41,076 nt of DNA from Limisphaerales bacterium (GTDB taxonomy: Bacteria > Verrucomicrobiota > Verrucomicrobiia > Limisphaerales > UBA11358): contig PKZR01000377.1 in NCBI GenBank assembly GCA_003133815.1, forward strand, positions 1-41,076. Direction: 5' to 3'. This document shows, one piece after another, positions 1 through 8,957 of this stretch (position 1 is the first letter of the stretch; each line of letters opens with the position of its first letter). The notes under the pieces are model-generated. The model was not told the DNA's origin, did not search any database, and saw only the letters and a list, made by a program, of their open reading frames with translations. The translations under genes and the position numbers were made by a program.

Positions 1-556
1 ACCGCGCATTGCTCCACTTCACCACATCATACCACAAGACTGTCTGCACCGGTTGATTCGCCGCGTTGCCCGCTCCCGTGTCAAAAAACGTATACCCATT
101 ACTCGTGGCGTAGCTGTATACCAACTGCCATTGGCCGTAGCTCACCAGATTCGTATCCATGTAAAAAGCTGAGACATAGACGTTCGTGGGAATCGCATCG
201 CTCTCCCCATCTAGCGTGTCACCAATCGTGAACGAACCGGTGGGAATGAAAGCCATGCCGTCGGCTGTGGTGGTCGGAACTTGCATCAAACGAAAGAACC
301 TCGCTGTCAAGGTATTGGTGACGGTCACGGCGGTCTGCGAACCGTAAGTCGCCGGGACGTCATCGGTGGCAAAAACCCAGTTCGTCGAGGCCAGATTGGT
401 GCTGCTTTGCAAAACGTAGTCCGTAGCGGTTGCTGGCCAATAAAGCAGGGATTGATTGTTCGTCGGCACAATTCCTAACGCCGGTTGCGCCAGCACAGGA
501 TGAACGACGGCCAGCAAGGCCAGCCCGATGAAAAAACACTGGAGTTTGGTTTTCAT
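1..556 (-). CDS. secreted formylglycine-generating-enzyme (SUMF1/FGE-sulfatase) domain protein; the 3' end runs off the window
   Basis: ATG at 556..554. The ORF is absent from the track because it is open to the window edge. My translation starts MKTKLQCFFIGLALLAVVHPVLAQP (signal peptide). It continues ...MAFIPTGSFTIGDTLDGESDAIPTNVYVSAFYMDTNLVSYGQWQLVYSYATSNGYTF...NQPVQTVLWYDVVKWSNAR, which matches the FGE-sulfatase domain pattern. Confidence 0.7.
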   Translation of the reverse strand, partial: MKTKLQCFFIGLALLAVVHPVLAQPALGIVPTNNQSLLYWPATATDYVLQSSTNLASTNWVFATDDVPATYGSQTAVTVTNTLTARFFRLMQVPTTTADGMAFIPTGSFTIGDTLDGESDAIPTNVYVSAFYMDTNLVSYGQWQLVYSYATSNGYTFFDTGAGNAANQPVQTVLWYDVVKWSNAR

Positions 557-658
557 AAGAATTTAGATTGCCTCATTTGTATGAGGCTCTGTTCTGACAG
601 TGCGTTTTTACATCTCGGCCAATAAAAATACAACTGAAATTGGCGGCAGTGTCGGCGG

Positions 659-697
659 GAGTTCAAAAGGAGAATGTTGCGCGAGTTCAAAAGGAGA
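659..697. repeat. perfect 15-bp direct repeat GAGTTCAAAAGGAGA x2 (659..673 and 683..697)
   Basis: Read directly from the sequence. The copies are 24 nt apart start to start and sit just downstream of the stop (703..705) of the transposase-like ORF. Confidence 0.9.
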
Positions 698-702
698 CAG
701 AT

Positions 703-1152
703 TTAGAGGGAGTAATTTCCGAGGATTTCCGGCCAAGTGTTAATCGGAGGTGCTGGGGCATGGGTGACGGCCCAGAACTGGCGCAGGGGATGATGGATGA
801 GGGTGATGCTCGATCGTTTGGTTGGGGCAATGTGCCAGCTTTGACCCAGAAAGTCGATCTGGTGGTCGGCGTTGACGCGTCGTTTCAAATGGAGTGCCAG
901 ATGCAGGTTTAGCAGCGTTGCCGGCGGACAGGGACGAGTGGCCGTGCGTCTTTCGGCCAAGGCTTGCTCCCAGGCGGCATTGGGGCTGAGGCTGGTGGTG
1001 CGGCAGAGGGTGGCATTTTGTCGTTCAAGCTCCCGGTTTAGCACGATCTGTGCGGCGGCATAATGGGTGACTTTTTCATAAGCCAGAAGTGCTACCAATC
1101 GCTGTTGGAGGGTTCCTAAAGGGGTCAGTCCCCGGAATTGTAAAAGGGTCAT
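703..1152 (-). CDS. hypothetical protein; possible C-terminal remnant of a DDE transposase/integrase
   Basis: 149-aa ORF. The segment ...NATLCRTTSLSPNAAWEQALAERR..P..LHLKRRVNADHQIDFLGQSWHI...ITLIHHP resembles the region after the catalytic core plus the beta-rich C-terminal domain of IstA/TnsB/Mu-type transposases. No N-terminal HTH or DDE part lies upstream. The resemblance is judged by eye only. Confidence 0.3.
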   Translation of the reverse strand: MTLLQFRGLTPLGTLQQRLVALLAYEKVTHYAAAQIVLNRELERQNATLCRTTSLSPNAAWEQALAERRTATRPCPPATLLNLHLALHLKRRVNADHQIDFLGQSWHIAPTKRSSITLIHHPLRQFWAVTHAPAPPINTWPEILGNYSL

Positions 1153-1552
1153 CCCCGGGGATTGAAACCAATCCGTTCTCGCGGTTCGCGTAGTTCGTGT
1201 ATTTCGCGGTTCACCTCATCCGGCCTGCGGCTGAATTGTTTTTCCCGTTTAACCCTCACCTGTCCTGCATTTTTAAGAATCGCACTTACCTCACCCAGCC
1301 TCACCCCCAGCCCCTCTCCAATCCGATTAGAGAGGGTGGCGTCGGACTCTCCCTTCCCATCCGGGAACGGAGAGGGAATAGGTTTCCGCTTTCGCGAGCG
1401 AGGAATCTGTGCGGAGCGGAGAGGGGACAGATTTTGTGCGGATTTTTAATGGGGACCGTAATTAGAGTGGGTGGGTATGCATACTCAAAAAAAAGAATTG
1501 GCACGTGCTCGGAGGGGCGTGCAAACGGCTCCAAACCCCTGAAAATAAAAGT

Positions 1553-1581
1553 TTGACTGATTTTTGAACCGAGCTAAAAAT
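1553..1581 (+). promoter_or_regulatory. candidate sigma-70-type promoter (TTGACT-N16-TAAAAA(T))
   Basis: TTGACT at 1553..1558 and TAAAAAT at 1575..1581, in an AT-rich islet about 80 nt upstream of the plus-strand ORF at 1661. Confidence 0.3.
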
Positions 1582-1660
1582 GGAGACATGAACCAGAAAA
1601 ATTCAACTTCCGTCAGGAGCTTGGACTTTTGTTAATGATACTGTCAGGCGATTATTTGCC

Positions 1661-1867
1661 ATGAACATTCACATAGACTTCATCAGCGATATGCTAGGCC
1701 TGTTGTTTTACCTAGCTACAGCAATCATTGGTTACACGCGACATGGCAGTCTGCCGTGGGCTATATTAGATTTCTTTTTTGCACCAATTGTTTGGTGCAA
1801 ATGGCTCATATGTAAGCAAGTAAATTTGACGCTTATCAAGAAGAGCTTTGCTTTCTTTCTTGAGTAG
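1661..1867 (+). CDS. small hypothetical membrane protein (68 aa, two hydrophobic segments)
   Basis: ATG ORF on the opposite strand to everything else, in an AT-rich segment. The hydrophobic stretches are LGLLFYLATAIIGY and WAILDFFFAPIVWCKWLI. I recognise no family. Confidence 0.35.
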   Translation: MNIHIDFISDMLGLLFYLATAIIGYTRHGSLPWAILDFFFAPIVWCKWLICKQVNLTLIKKSFAFFLE

Positions 1868-2132
1868 CTTTCATCACCCCACAAGTATTGTGAAGCCGCC
1901 AGCTGGAAGCCGGGGTTGGAATGCGGAATTAAAACAGGCTTTCTGAATGCGGCGGTGGCAGAAAATTAAAAATGGAGTATATTGAACCGGCTCTGATGGC
2001 CGACAGATCTGTGCAAAAGGTTCCTCCGATGTTCAGGTTTTGCTGTTATCAGGGCCATGGTGTTATCTGCGGTTTGGCAAATTCCTTTCGCCTTTTCCAA
2101 ATAGATCAAGTCTCCCCAGCGCGGAGAAGAAA

Positions 2133-5100
2133 TTATTCAGAGACGGAGACGAGCGTGTTCTTCCGGGTTTCCTCATTGACGCCATCCAGAATTCCTGCCG
2201 CCGCCGGCAGGATTGGACGCAAAATTTCCACGCGTGAATTCAAGCCGATGACGGTGTTGCGCGCTCCGACGGAAACCAACCGCCGATACCAGTCCATAAA
2301 CGCCCGGCTCACGACGATCTCCTCATCCCGGCCGCTAAGTCCCACAACCGGCTGCGAAGACGCCGTTGCGCAGAGAATCTGCGCGGCCACGGCGCGGGGC
2401 GGTCGTTCGCCGTTGATGGTGCGATTCCAAAATGGCAGCGCCGCCACTATTTCCTGGCTCAAAAGCAGCACCTCGGCACGTTGCGCGACGATGCAACCGT
2501 CGTCCGGCAACTGGCGGATAGCTTCGCCCGTCCAGTCACGCGCAAATTCCAAAAATTCAGGTTTGCTCAATGCAACTTCGCCGCCGAGCCGCCACGCAAC
2601 AGCATTGTGGGCGTCGGCCTGCACCAACTCGTTCAATTGTTGCAGCGCTTCTATCGGCCTGTTTTGTGCCGCAAGAAATTTTGCATAGTCCACTTTCAGT
2701 TCCGACAACCTTCCATTTTCCGTCAACCCGGCCTGGAAGGCTTTTTCTGCCCCGTCAGAGTCACCCAGTTTGAGCAGACTCATGGCCAGGCAATGATGCG
2801 GCGCGGCGGTATGGATTTCCTTGTTGATTGGGGCGAGGCTGCGCTGGTGGCGTTTCGCAAGGCAATGCCGCATCTGGTCGGCACCTTCACTGAACCGGCT
2901 GAGTTCAAGATACGACAGCCCAAGCGAGAAATGCAATGTGGCCGTCAATCCACCATGCATCCCGGCCAGCGGCGAGGTGAGAACGCGCACAACTTCGTCA
3001 AACCGCTTCGCCGCTGTCAGCCGCGCACAAAATTGCATCAGGAATGTCTCGCGAAGCTCAGGAACGATTTCGGTTGCAGGTTTCGTTAAGAGAGTATCGA
3101 AAGCCTCCTCGTAGCGCATCAACGCCCCGGCTTCTTGTCCCGACCGGGCCAGTTCCAGGCCCAGGTTCATCAACAAGTGTGGTTCGTCCGGCAATTCCTC
3201 AACGGCGCGTTTCAGGAGATTGAGGTTGCGTTCGATTTTGTTCCGGTCGCGGGTCACTTCGGCCGTGTATCCATGGTGAATGAGAGTTGCGTCGCCAATA
3301 CGGTTTTCCAGTCCCCATTCTGCGCGCTGCACTTCGATGCTGCTGAAAACCTGCTCGTGGACCCGCCCGACATAAAACAGGCCCGGCGCGTTGCGAAAAA
3401 ATCGCGGCACATAGGAACAACCATCCGCCTCGCGGCCCACGTCCACGATGGGAAGACGCCATGCCATTACAGCCGGATTGATCATGGCCAGTTTTAATTT
3501 ATCGAGGCCATCGGCGGATAATTCCTCGTCCGCATCCAGCACCAGCACCCAGTCGCCGGTGGCATGTTCCAAGGCCGCGTTGCGGGCGGCGCTGAAATCG
3601 TCGCACCAGGCAAAGGCATGGATTTTAGCGCCGAATTCCTTTGCAATTTCTACCGTGCGGTCCGTGGAGCCCGTGTCCACAACCACAATTTGTGATGCAA
3701 TCTCGCGGATGGATTTCAAACACTGTCCGAGAAATTTCTCTTCGTTTTTAACAATCAAGCAGACTGACAAGTTGAGGGTTGAGGGTTGAGAGTTGAGGGA
3801 CTCCGGCAGTTTGAGCCACTCCGGTCTGGCACCGCCTTTGAGGCGCTGGTTCAAGAATTTTCTTGCCGGTTTCCAGCCCGGGGCGATGCGGCGGGCGTGG
3901 TCGGCGCAAAGTTTGGCGGACTGGCCGTCGCCGACGGATTGCGCGATTTCTGCAAGCAACAAGAAGGCTTCCGGATGGAAAGGCCGACTGGCTAATGCAG
4001 ACAGTGCGGCTTCCCATGCAGCCCGGAATTTTTTTTGGCGGACCAGTTCCCGGGCCTCGGCCAGATGGCCGGACAGGGCGCACGGTGGCAGGGTGATTTT
4101 AGCCTTTGTGACCGTGCTGGTTTTTGTGGAAGACACTTGCTGCTGTGCAAGCTGGCCGGCACTCATACCAGCGCCGGCGAGTTCGTGGATGCGCCGTGCC
4201 ATGATCGGGGCGGAATTTTGCCAGGAACAAAATTGTTTTGCATGTTGGGCGGCTAGTTGTCCGCGCTGGCGTGTTTCGGCGGGTTTGGCAAATGCCTCGC
4301 GCAAGAACCGTCCGAGTGCGGCAACATCCGGTTCCAGCAGCCAGCCCGCACCGGCCAGCTTCATGCCGCTGATTTCGTGTCCGAATATCTTCCGGTCGGC
4401 AGGAATGCGCCACGCAAAAGTGTCGCGCACAAAATCGTCCGTCGCACCACCGGCGGTGACTATGACGGGCAGACCGGCGGCCATGGCTTCGAGCGCGGGC
4501 AAACCAAATCCTTCACCACGATATGGCAGCACCAGGCAGTCGCACGCCGTGTAAAGACCGGGCAGGGCATCCGGTGGAAGCTCCTGGTTCAGATATAGAA
4601 TTTCCGGCGCATTCGGCTGCAATTGCGCGGCGCGGATCTGCGATTCGAAGGTTTGCCCGGCATAAACCGTCTTGCCGCCAAAATCCTTGATGACGAGGCA
4701 GATGTCGTCTGCATCCGTGAAATTTTCCAGATAAGCTTTGAGCAGCAGGTCCGGCCCTTTGCGGAAGATTGTTCCGCCGACGAAGAGAAATTTGAATTTC
4801 TTTTGCGTGGCCAGTTTCATCGGCGCGACCTGCGGATGAAATTTTTTCAGGTCCACGCCATTGGGCACGACAACCACCTTTTCATCCGGCACACCGGATT
4901 CGACATAAACCCGGCGGACGTATTCGGAAGGCACCCAGAATTGATCAACGCTGGCAGAATCCTTCAACCATTGTTCCGGCAGCGATCCGAATTCCCAAGG
5001 CTGGATGACGACCAGTTTGCCGGTTTGCGGGCGCTTCCAATCCGGCGGCCAGGCGTGGCGGATGGTGACTGCGGCATCCTTTGAAGCGATTGCAGAGATT

Positions 5101-8081
5101 TCGCCGGCCAGATGTTTGAAATCAGGCGACGCCGATGCGCCGTTTGAAATTCGCTTTAAACAGATTTCGGGAGAAGATTGAAGCACACTGGTAAATTCAC
5201 GATTGACGTGCGACAGGCTGCCATGGTCGAGAAAGGATCCGATCCAGTCCACAATTGTGCTGCTAATTTTCAATGATGCGGTGTTGGAGGAACCCGTCTT
5301 TGCAATCGTGGCGGCCCGTTCGACATAATCAGGCCAGCAGTGTTTCAGGAATTTGGCATCCGCCGCCGGAAGCCGGCCGGCCGCTGCTGGATTTATTTCG
5401 GTCAAAGCTTCACTGCAAAATGCAATCTTCCATTCCAAGTCTTGCATTTGAAACAGAAGGTTCCATGTCGCAGCAGCCGGATTGAGCTTTTGATGCAAAC
5501 CCAGTCCTTCGATGAAAGCGGAACGCCGGACGAGGAAGCTCTGCGGAATTGCGTCCAAGATGTTTTCGCGCGCCGGCATCGTCAGTTTTTCCTGCCACTG
5601 GCGCGGCGACGGAAAAACGATGCCCACCTTGGATGACGAACGGATGATGTCCAGCATCGCCACGTCCCAGCCTGTTGACAACGGCGTGTTCCCATCAAAG
5701 AACATGACAAATGGTGAGGGGGAATTATCCACGGTCAAATTCAACTGCTCATTCCAGGTTTGCTGCGGGTGGCGTTCCATTACGTGAAGCCGTTTGATTT
5801 CATGACCGAATTCTTGCGCAATGGCCATCGTTTTCTTGTCATCATTCGCCGCCAGCAGAAAGATTTCACAATTCTTGTTGCGGATTGAAACCGGTTTCAA
5901 CTGGTTCAAGCATTTGCGCAGGGAAACAGTATCGCGCTGGGGTGGAACCACGATCACCAATTCAGGCTGTACTCCATCTTTGTCGCCGCTTGAGTTGCAC
6001 AACAACATTGCCTTGCCGCACGAAAAGAATTCGGAAGCGGCCCGTGGATTTTCCATCTGAAAAACGCCTTGCGGCCAGTGAATGCCGGCTTCGCCGAGAA
6101 TGCGCGCGTAGCCCTGTTTGCGGAGTTTCTCCCGGTCGCTCGCACCGCACATCGGCTTGAAGGAATCGGCGAAGTAATAATCGTCCAGAGGCAATGACCC
6201 AAAAATCGCCAGTTCGGCCTGCGTAGGAAATGCGGCGGCCCGGCCAAGGATGGGAGTGAAACCGCAATCCACATCCTCCAGGATTCGCTGCGACAATTCC
6301 GTCTTGCCATCGAGCAGGCCTGGTTTGGTGGCGCGGAACCAGTGCCAAAGATTTTGGAACAATGCCACACCTTCCTTGAACCGGCGTTGGCGGCGCATGG
6401 TCGCCTCGTCGAAACGAACCTCATCCAATACAGGGGTCACTTTGCCGTCTGGCTGACGGGTATAACCCAAGGTGGTGCCGACGGGCGCGACGAACGATTG
6501 TTCAACAAATGCCGGCGAACGCAGGAAGGCGTGGTAAAGATGTTCCGGTCGCCCGAATGATCCCAGATAATGCCGCACATCCAGCGATTCAAGAATTCGC
6601 GCCGCGGAACCTTCGCCCGTGAGCAAATAGCATCCAACCATGTGGGTACGGTTTGATTCCAAATCGAAGATGCGTTTCAACTGCGTCTGCGCGGAGGCGT
6701 TGTAACCGATGTCGCACAACCCGATGGCATCGCCCGATTCAAGCCATGGACGGAGGTAGTCGAGAACCTTTCGACGTTCTTCTGCGCTCCGGGCCTCGAT
6801 GCGGCTGGCGATCTCGGGGGAAAAAAGAAATTTGGCCAGCTGGAGCACCCGTTCCCGGGAATCGGTTTTTTCTTCGAGCGAAAAGGGCAGATGCCGCGCG
6901 CTTTCCGGCGCAATTCCGAAATGGGCGAGAATGGTTTTGACCGGCAGGGTGGAGCGGCGCACGAGCCAGTCAATCACGCCGTCAGCCGTTAATCCTCCCA
7001 GAGCCGCCAGGGCCGTGGCCTTACGGTTTATGTAGAGCGGTTTTATTTCCAGATCCAAACCCCGCACGTCCGACTCGCATTGTAGAATTTGTGCAAACAA
7101 TTCTCCTTCGCGCATAAATGCGCCGACCTTCCTCACGCCGCTTGCAAGATACTGGTCGCACGCCCAGGTGGCGAAGCGGGTCAGCACCGGACCGAGCAAA
7201 AGGGCGCCCATGCGTCCAAAACTTCCCTCGTCCGTATTTTCCGGAAAAGCACGCGCCGCCAACATGCGTAATGAATTTGCATTGAATACGGGATTTTGCC
7301 CGCCGAGCAGAAATTTTTCGCGCTCAAGGATTGTGTTGGTTTCCTGGGTGGCCTGCTGGTAATGGCATCCGCGCACGCCGGCTTTGCGGGCACCGACAAC
7401 GTCCGGCGCTGGATTGTCACCGATGTGGAGCATTTGATCAGCTTCAAGATTCAACGTTTTAAGTGCGTGCCGGAAAAGGTTGCCAGTGCCCTTGCACACG
7501 TCGGCGTCGCAAGAGGTCAACATTGCATCGAAAATTGACGGATCGAATTGATTGGCTAGCAGGATTCGGCGCAGATGGTCGCCCGAAAAATAAATGTCGG
7601 AGACAACCAAGACGCGCAAGCCGCGTTGCCGGAGATGGTGGATGAAGCCGGCCATGACCGGATTCAACATGCAAAGATCACTTTCCACACCGTGCTCGAT
7701 TTCAACTCCTGCAGCCGGGTCTGTGACGATCGAATCCATTTGCTGGTAGATTTCGCGGATGTGAATGTCTTCCAAGGTCGCATCCTTGAGCGCCTGACGT
7801 TCACGGGTCTTGTATTCCGCGAGACGTCGCAATGTTTCAAAATCATCGGCTGAAATCGTTGAGCGCAGCATCTCCTTTTGCCGCAGGCGGCGGCCCACTT
7901 CACGAAAGGCATCTACGGGTTTTGCGACCAGCCGCCAGACAAGTGTGTCAAAGAAATCGAAGGAAACGGCACGCACGCGACCGGAGCTCAACTCGATTAA
8001 TTTGTCGGCTCGGCACAGCGACTCGTCGTACTGCCACGATGACATCTGGTTCAAAGTGCAAATTTTGTTGTCGGTCGTCAT
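2133..8081 (-). CDS. giant multidomain protein: N-terminal HAD-like hydrolase region, degenerate GT2-like module, GT4 (group 1) glycosyltransferase, TPR, GT2 glycosyltransferase, C-terminal TPR repeats
   Basis: 1982-aa ORF. HAD motif: VSFDFFDTLVWR...HIGDNPAPDV. GT4 motif: FLFVGGTIFRKGPDLLL...PYRGEGFGLPALEAMAAGLPVIVT. GT2 motif: LSVCLIVKNEEKFLGQCLKSI...VVVDTGSTDRT...ARNAALEHATGDWVLVLDADEEL. TPR-like helical repeats flank the GT2 domain. Its ATG overlaps the stop of the upstream methyltransferase (ATGA at 8081..8078). Confidence 0.9.
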   Translation of the reverse strand: MTTDNKICTLNQMSSWQYDESLCRADKLIELSSGRVRAVSFDFFDTLVWRLVAKPVDAFREVGRRLRQKEMLRSTISADDFETLRRLAEYKTRERQALKDATLEDIHIREIYQQMDSIVTDPAAGVEIEHGVESDLCMLNPVMAGFIHHLRQRGLRVLVVSDIYFSGDHLRRILLANQFDPSIFDAMLTSCDADVCKGTGNLFRHALKTLNLEADQMLHIGDNPAPDVVGARKAGVRGCHYQQATQETNTILEREKFLLGGQNPVFNANSLRMLAARAFPENTDEGSFGRMGALLLGPVLTRFATWACDQYLASGVRKVGAFMREGELFAQILQCESDVRGLDLEIKPLYINRKATALAALGGLTADGVIDWLVRRSTLPVKTILAHFGIAPESARHLPFSLEEKTDSRERVLQLAKFLFSPEIASRIEARSAEERRKVLDYLRPWLESGDAIGLCDIGYNASAQTQLKRIFDLESNRTHMVGCYLLTGEGSAARILESLDVRHYLGSFGRPEHLYHAFLRSPAFVEQSFVAPVGTTLGYTRQPDGKVTPVLDEVRFDEATMRRQRRFKEGVALFQNLWHWFRATKPGLLDGKTELSQRILEDVDCGFTPILGRAAAFPTQAELAIFGSLPLDDYYFADSFKPMCGASDREKLRKQGYARILGEAGIHWPQGVFQMENPRAASEFFSCGKAMLLCNSSGDKDGVQPELVIVVPPQRDTVSLRKCLNQLKPVSIRNKNCEIFLLAANDDKKTMAIAQEFGHEIKRLHVMERHPQQTWNEQLNLTVDNSPSPFVMFFDGNTPLSTGWDVAMLDIIRSSSKVGIVFPSPRQWQEKLTMPARENILDAIPQSFLVRRSAFIEGLGLHQKLNPAAATWNLLFQMQDLEWKIAFCSEALTEINPAAAGRLPAADAKFLKHCWPDYVERAATIAKTGSSNTASLKISSTIVDWIGSFLDHGSLSHVNREFTSVLQSSPEICLKRISNGASASPDFKHLAGEISAIASKDAAVTIRHAWPPDWKRPQTGKLVVIQPWEFGSLPEQWLKDSASVDQFWVPSEYVRRVYVESGVPDEKVVVVPNGVDLKKFHPQVAPMKLATQKKFKFLFVGGTIFRKGPDLLLKAYLENFTDADDICLVIKDFGGKTVYAGQTFESQIRAAQLQPNAPEILYLNQELPPDALPGLYTACDCLVLPYRGEGFGLPALEAMAAGLPVIVTAGGATDDFVRDTFAWRIPADRKIFGHEISGMKLAGAGWLLEPDVAALGRFLREAFAKPAETRQRGQLAAQHAKQFCSWQNSAPIMARRIHELAGAGMSAGQLAQQQVSSTKTSTVTKAKITLPPCALSGHLAEARELVRQKKFRAAWEAALSALASRPFHPEAFLLLAEIAQSVGDGQSAKLCADHARRIAPGWKPARKFLNQRLKGGARPEWLKLPESLNSQPSTLNLSVCLIVKNEEKFLGQCLKSIREIASQIVVVDTGSTDRTVEIAKEFGAKIHAFAWCDDFSAARNAALEHATGDWVLVLDADEELSADGLDKLKLAMINPAVMAWRLPIVDVGREADGCSYVPRFFRNAPGLFYVGRVHEQVFSSIEVQRAEWGLENRIGDATLIHHGYTAEVTRDRNKIERNLNLLKRAVEELPDEPHLLMNLGLELARSGQEAGALMRYEEAFDTLLTKPATEIVPELRETFLMQFCARLTAAKRFDEVVRVLTSPLAGMHGGLTATLHFSLGLSYLELSRFSEGADQMRHCLAKRHQRSLAPINKEIHTAAPHHCLAMSLLKLGDSDGAEKAFQAGLTENGRLSELKVDYAKFLAAQNRPIEALQQLNELVQADAHNAVAWRLGGEVALSKPEFLEFARDWTGEAIRQLPDDGCIVAQRAEVLLLSQEIVAALPFWNRTINGERPPRAVAAQILCATASSQPVVGLSGRDEEIVVSRAFMDWYRRLVSVGARNTVIGLNSRVEILRPILPAAAGILDGVNEETRKNTLVSVSE

Positions 8082-8953
8082 GCTTGTCGGGTTTGGATGG
8101 TGAGTTGATTGAAAATGGCAGGACGTTGCAACACCGGGTTTGGTTTTGGCCTGGACTGGAGTCGATCCTGCAGTTCAATAATTTTCAGGTAGAGTTCCAG
8201 ACGGTTGCGCTCAAGCATTTCCAAAAGCGGACTGGAAGTGAAAGGACGCAGCAGCTCTGTCAGCCGGTCGACCCATGGCGCCGTGCGGCTGTAAATGATG
8301 CCAAGACCCAACACAACGGGGATGACTTCAAAACGGAGATCGGGACGGTGGGCAAGAAAATCCTCAATGGCCGTGCGAACGCCGTTGGCGGGACCGCCTT
8401 CGCGCAAGGCGAAAGAGATGCCGCCGCCCCGCAGACCTCCATTAATCATCCCGGGATTGTCAAGGGTGAGGCCAGTTTCACATGAGTAAGGTTGACGAAA
8501 TGGCAATGGGACCGCGCCGGGATTGTAATACATGTCGCGCCGGCCGCACGGCCAGCAGACATCGTGTTCAAACACCAGCAGCGGTTTGTCCCCGCGGGCC
8601 GCGGCGATCAAATCCAGTTCCGCACGCACCGTGAAATAATTATGGTCGCCATCAATGACATAGGCGTCGGCACCGGCCAGTGCCGGCAGGGCGCTGATGC
8701 TGGCATCCTGAATGAACTGGAAATGCGGATTGTCCCGGTTGGCGGCGATGAATTTGAATGCGTCGGGTTTCGGCGTGGGATCAATACTGATGAGCTTGCC
8801 GGCTGCTTGGATGGCAAAGGCGTGGAGTTCCCGTGTAAAGCCGCCGTATTCCGAGCCAATCTCAACGATCTGGCGCGCGCCAGCCAGCGCCAGTGCCGGA
8901 AGAATGATTTCGCCAAATAAAGTCAGGGAGTAGAGATAAGGGCTGGTTTTCAT
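8078..8953 (-). CDS. class I SAM-dependent methyltransferase (Methyltransf_24/CmcI-like)
   Basis: Motifs IVEIGSEYGGFT...LISIDP...YVIDGDHNYFTV, with a coiled C-terminus. The longest ORF starts at 9142 but would overlap the upstream gene by 185 nt. The ATG at 8953 (MKTSPYLY) lies 4 nt after the upstream stop. An ATG at 8968 is an alternative start. Confidence 0.8.
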   Translation of the reverse strand: MKTSPYLYSLTLFGEIILPALALAGARQIVEIGSEYGGFTRELHAFAIQAAGKLISIDPTPKPDAFKFIAANRDNPHFQFIQDASISALPALAGADAYVIDGDHNYFTVRAELDLIAAARGDKPLLVFEHDVCWPCGRRDMYYNPGAVPLPFRQPYSCETGLTLDNPGMINGGLRGGGISFALREGGPANGVRTAIEDFLAHRPDLRFEVIPVVLGLGIIYSRTAPWVDRLTELLRPFTSSPLLEMLERNRLELYLKIIELQDRLQSRPKPNPVLQRPAIFNQLTIQTRQA

Positions 8954-8957
8954 GCAA

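Noticed and set aside
640-912. 90-aa plus-strand ORF (non-ATG start) overlapping the transposase-like ORF.
   Set aside because: Its N-terminus is simply the translation of the 15-bp direct repeats (VQKEN/VQKET). The rest is antisense to the more protein-like 703..1152 ORF.
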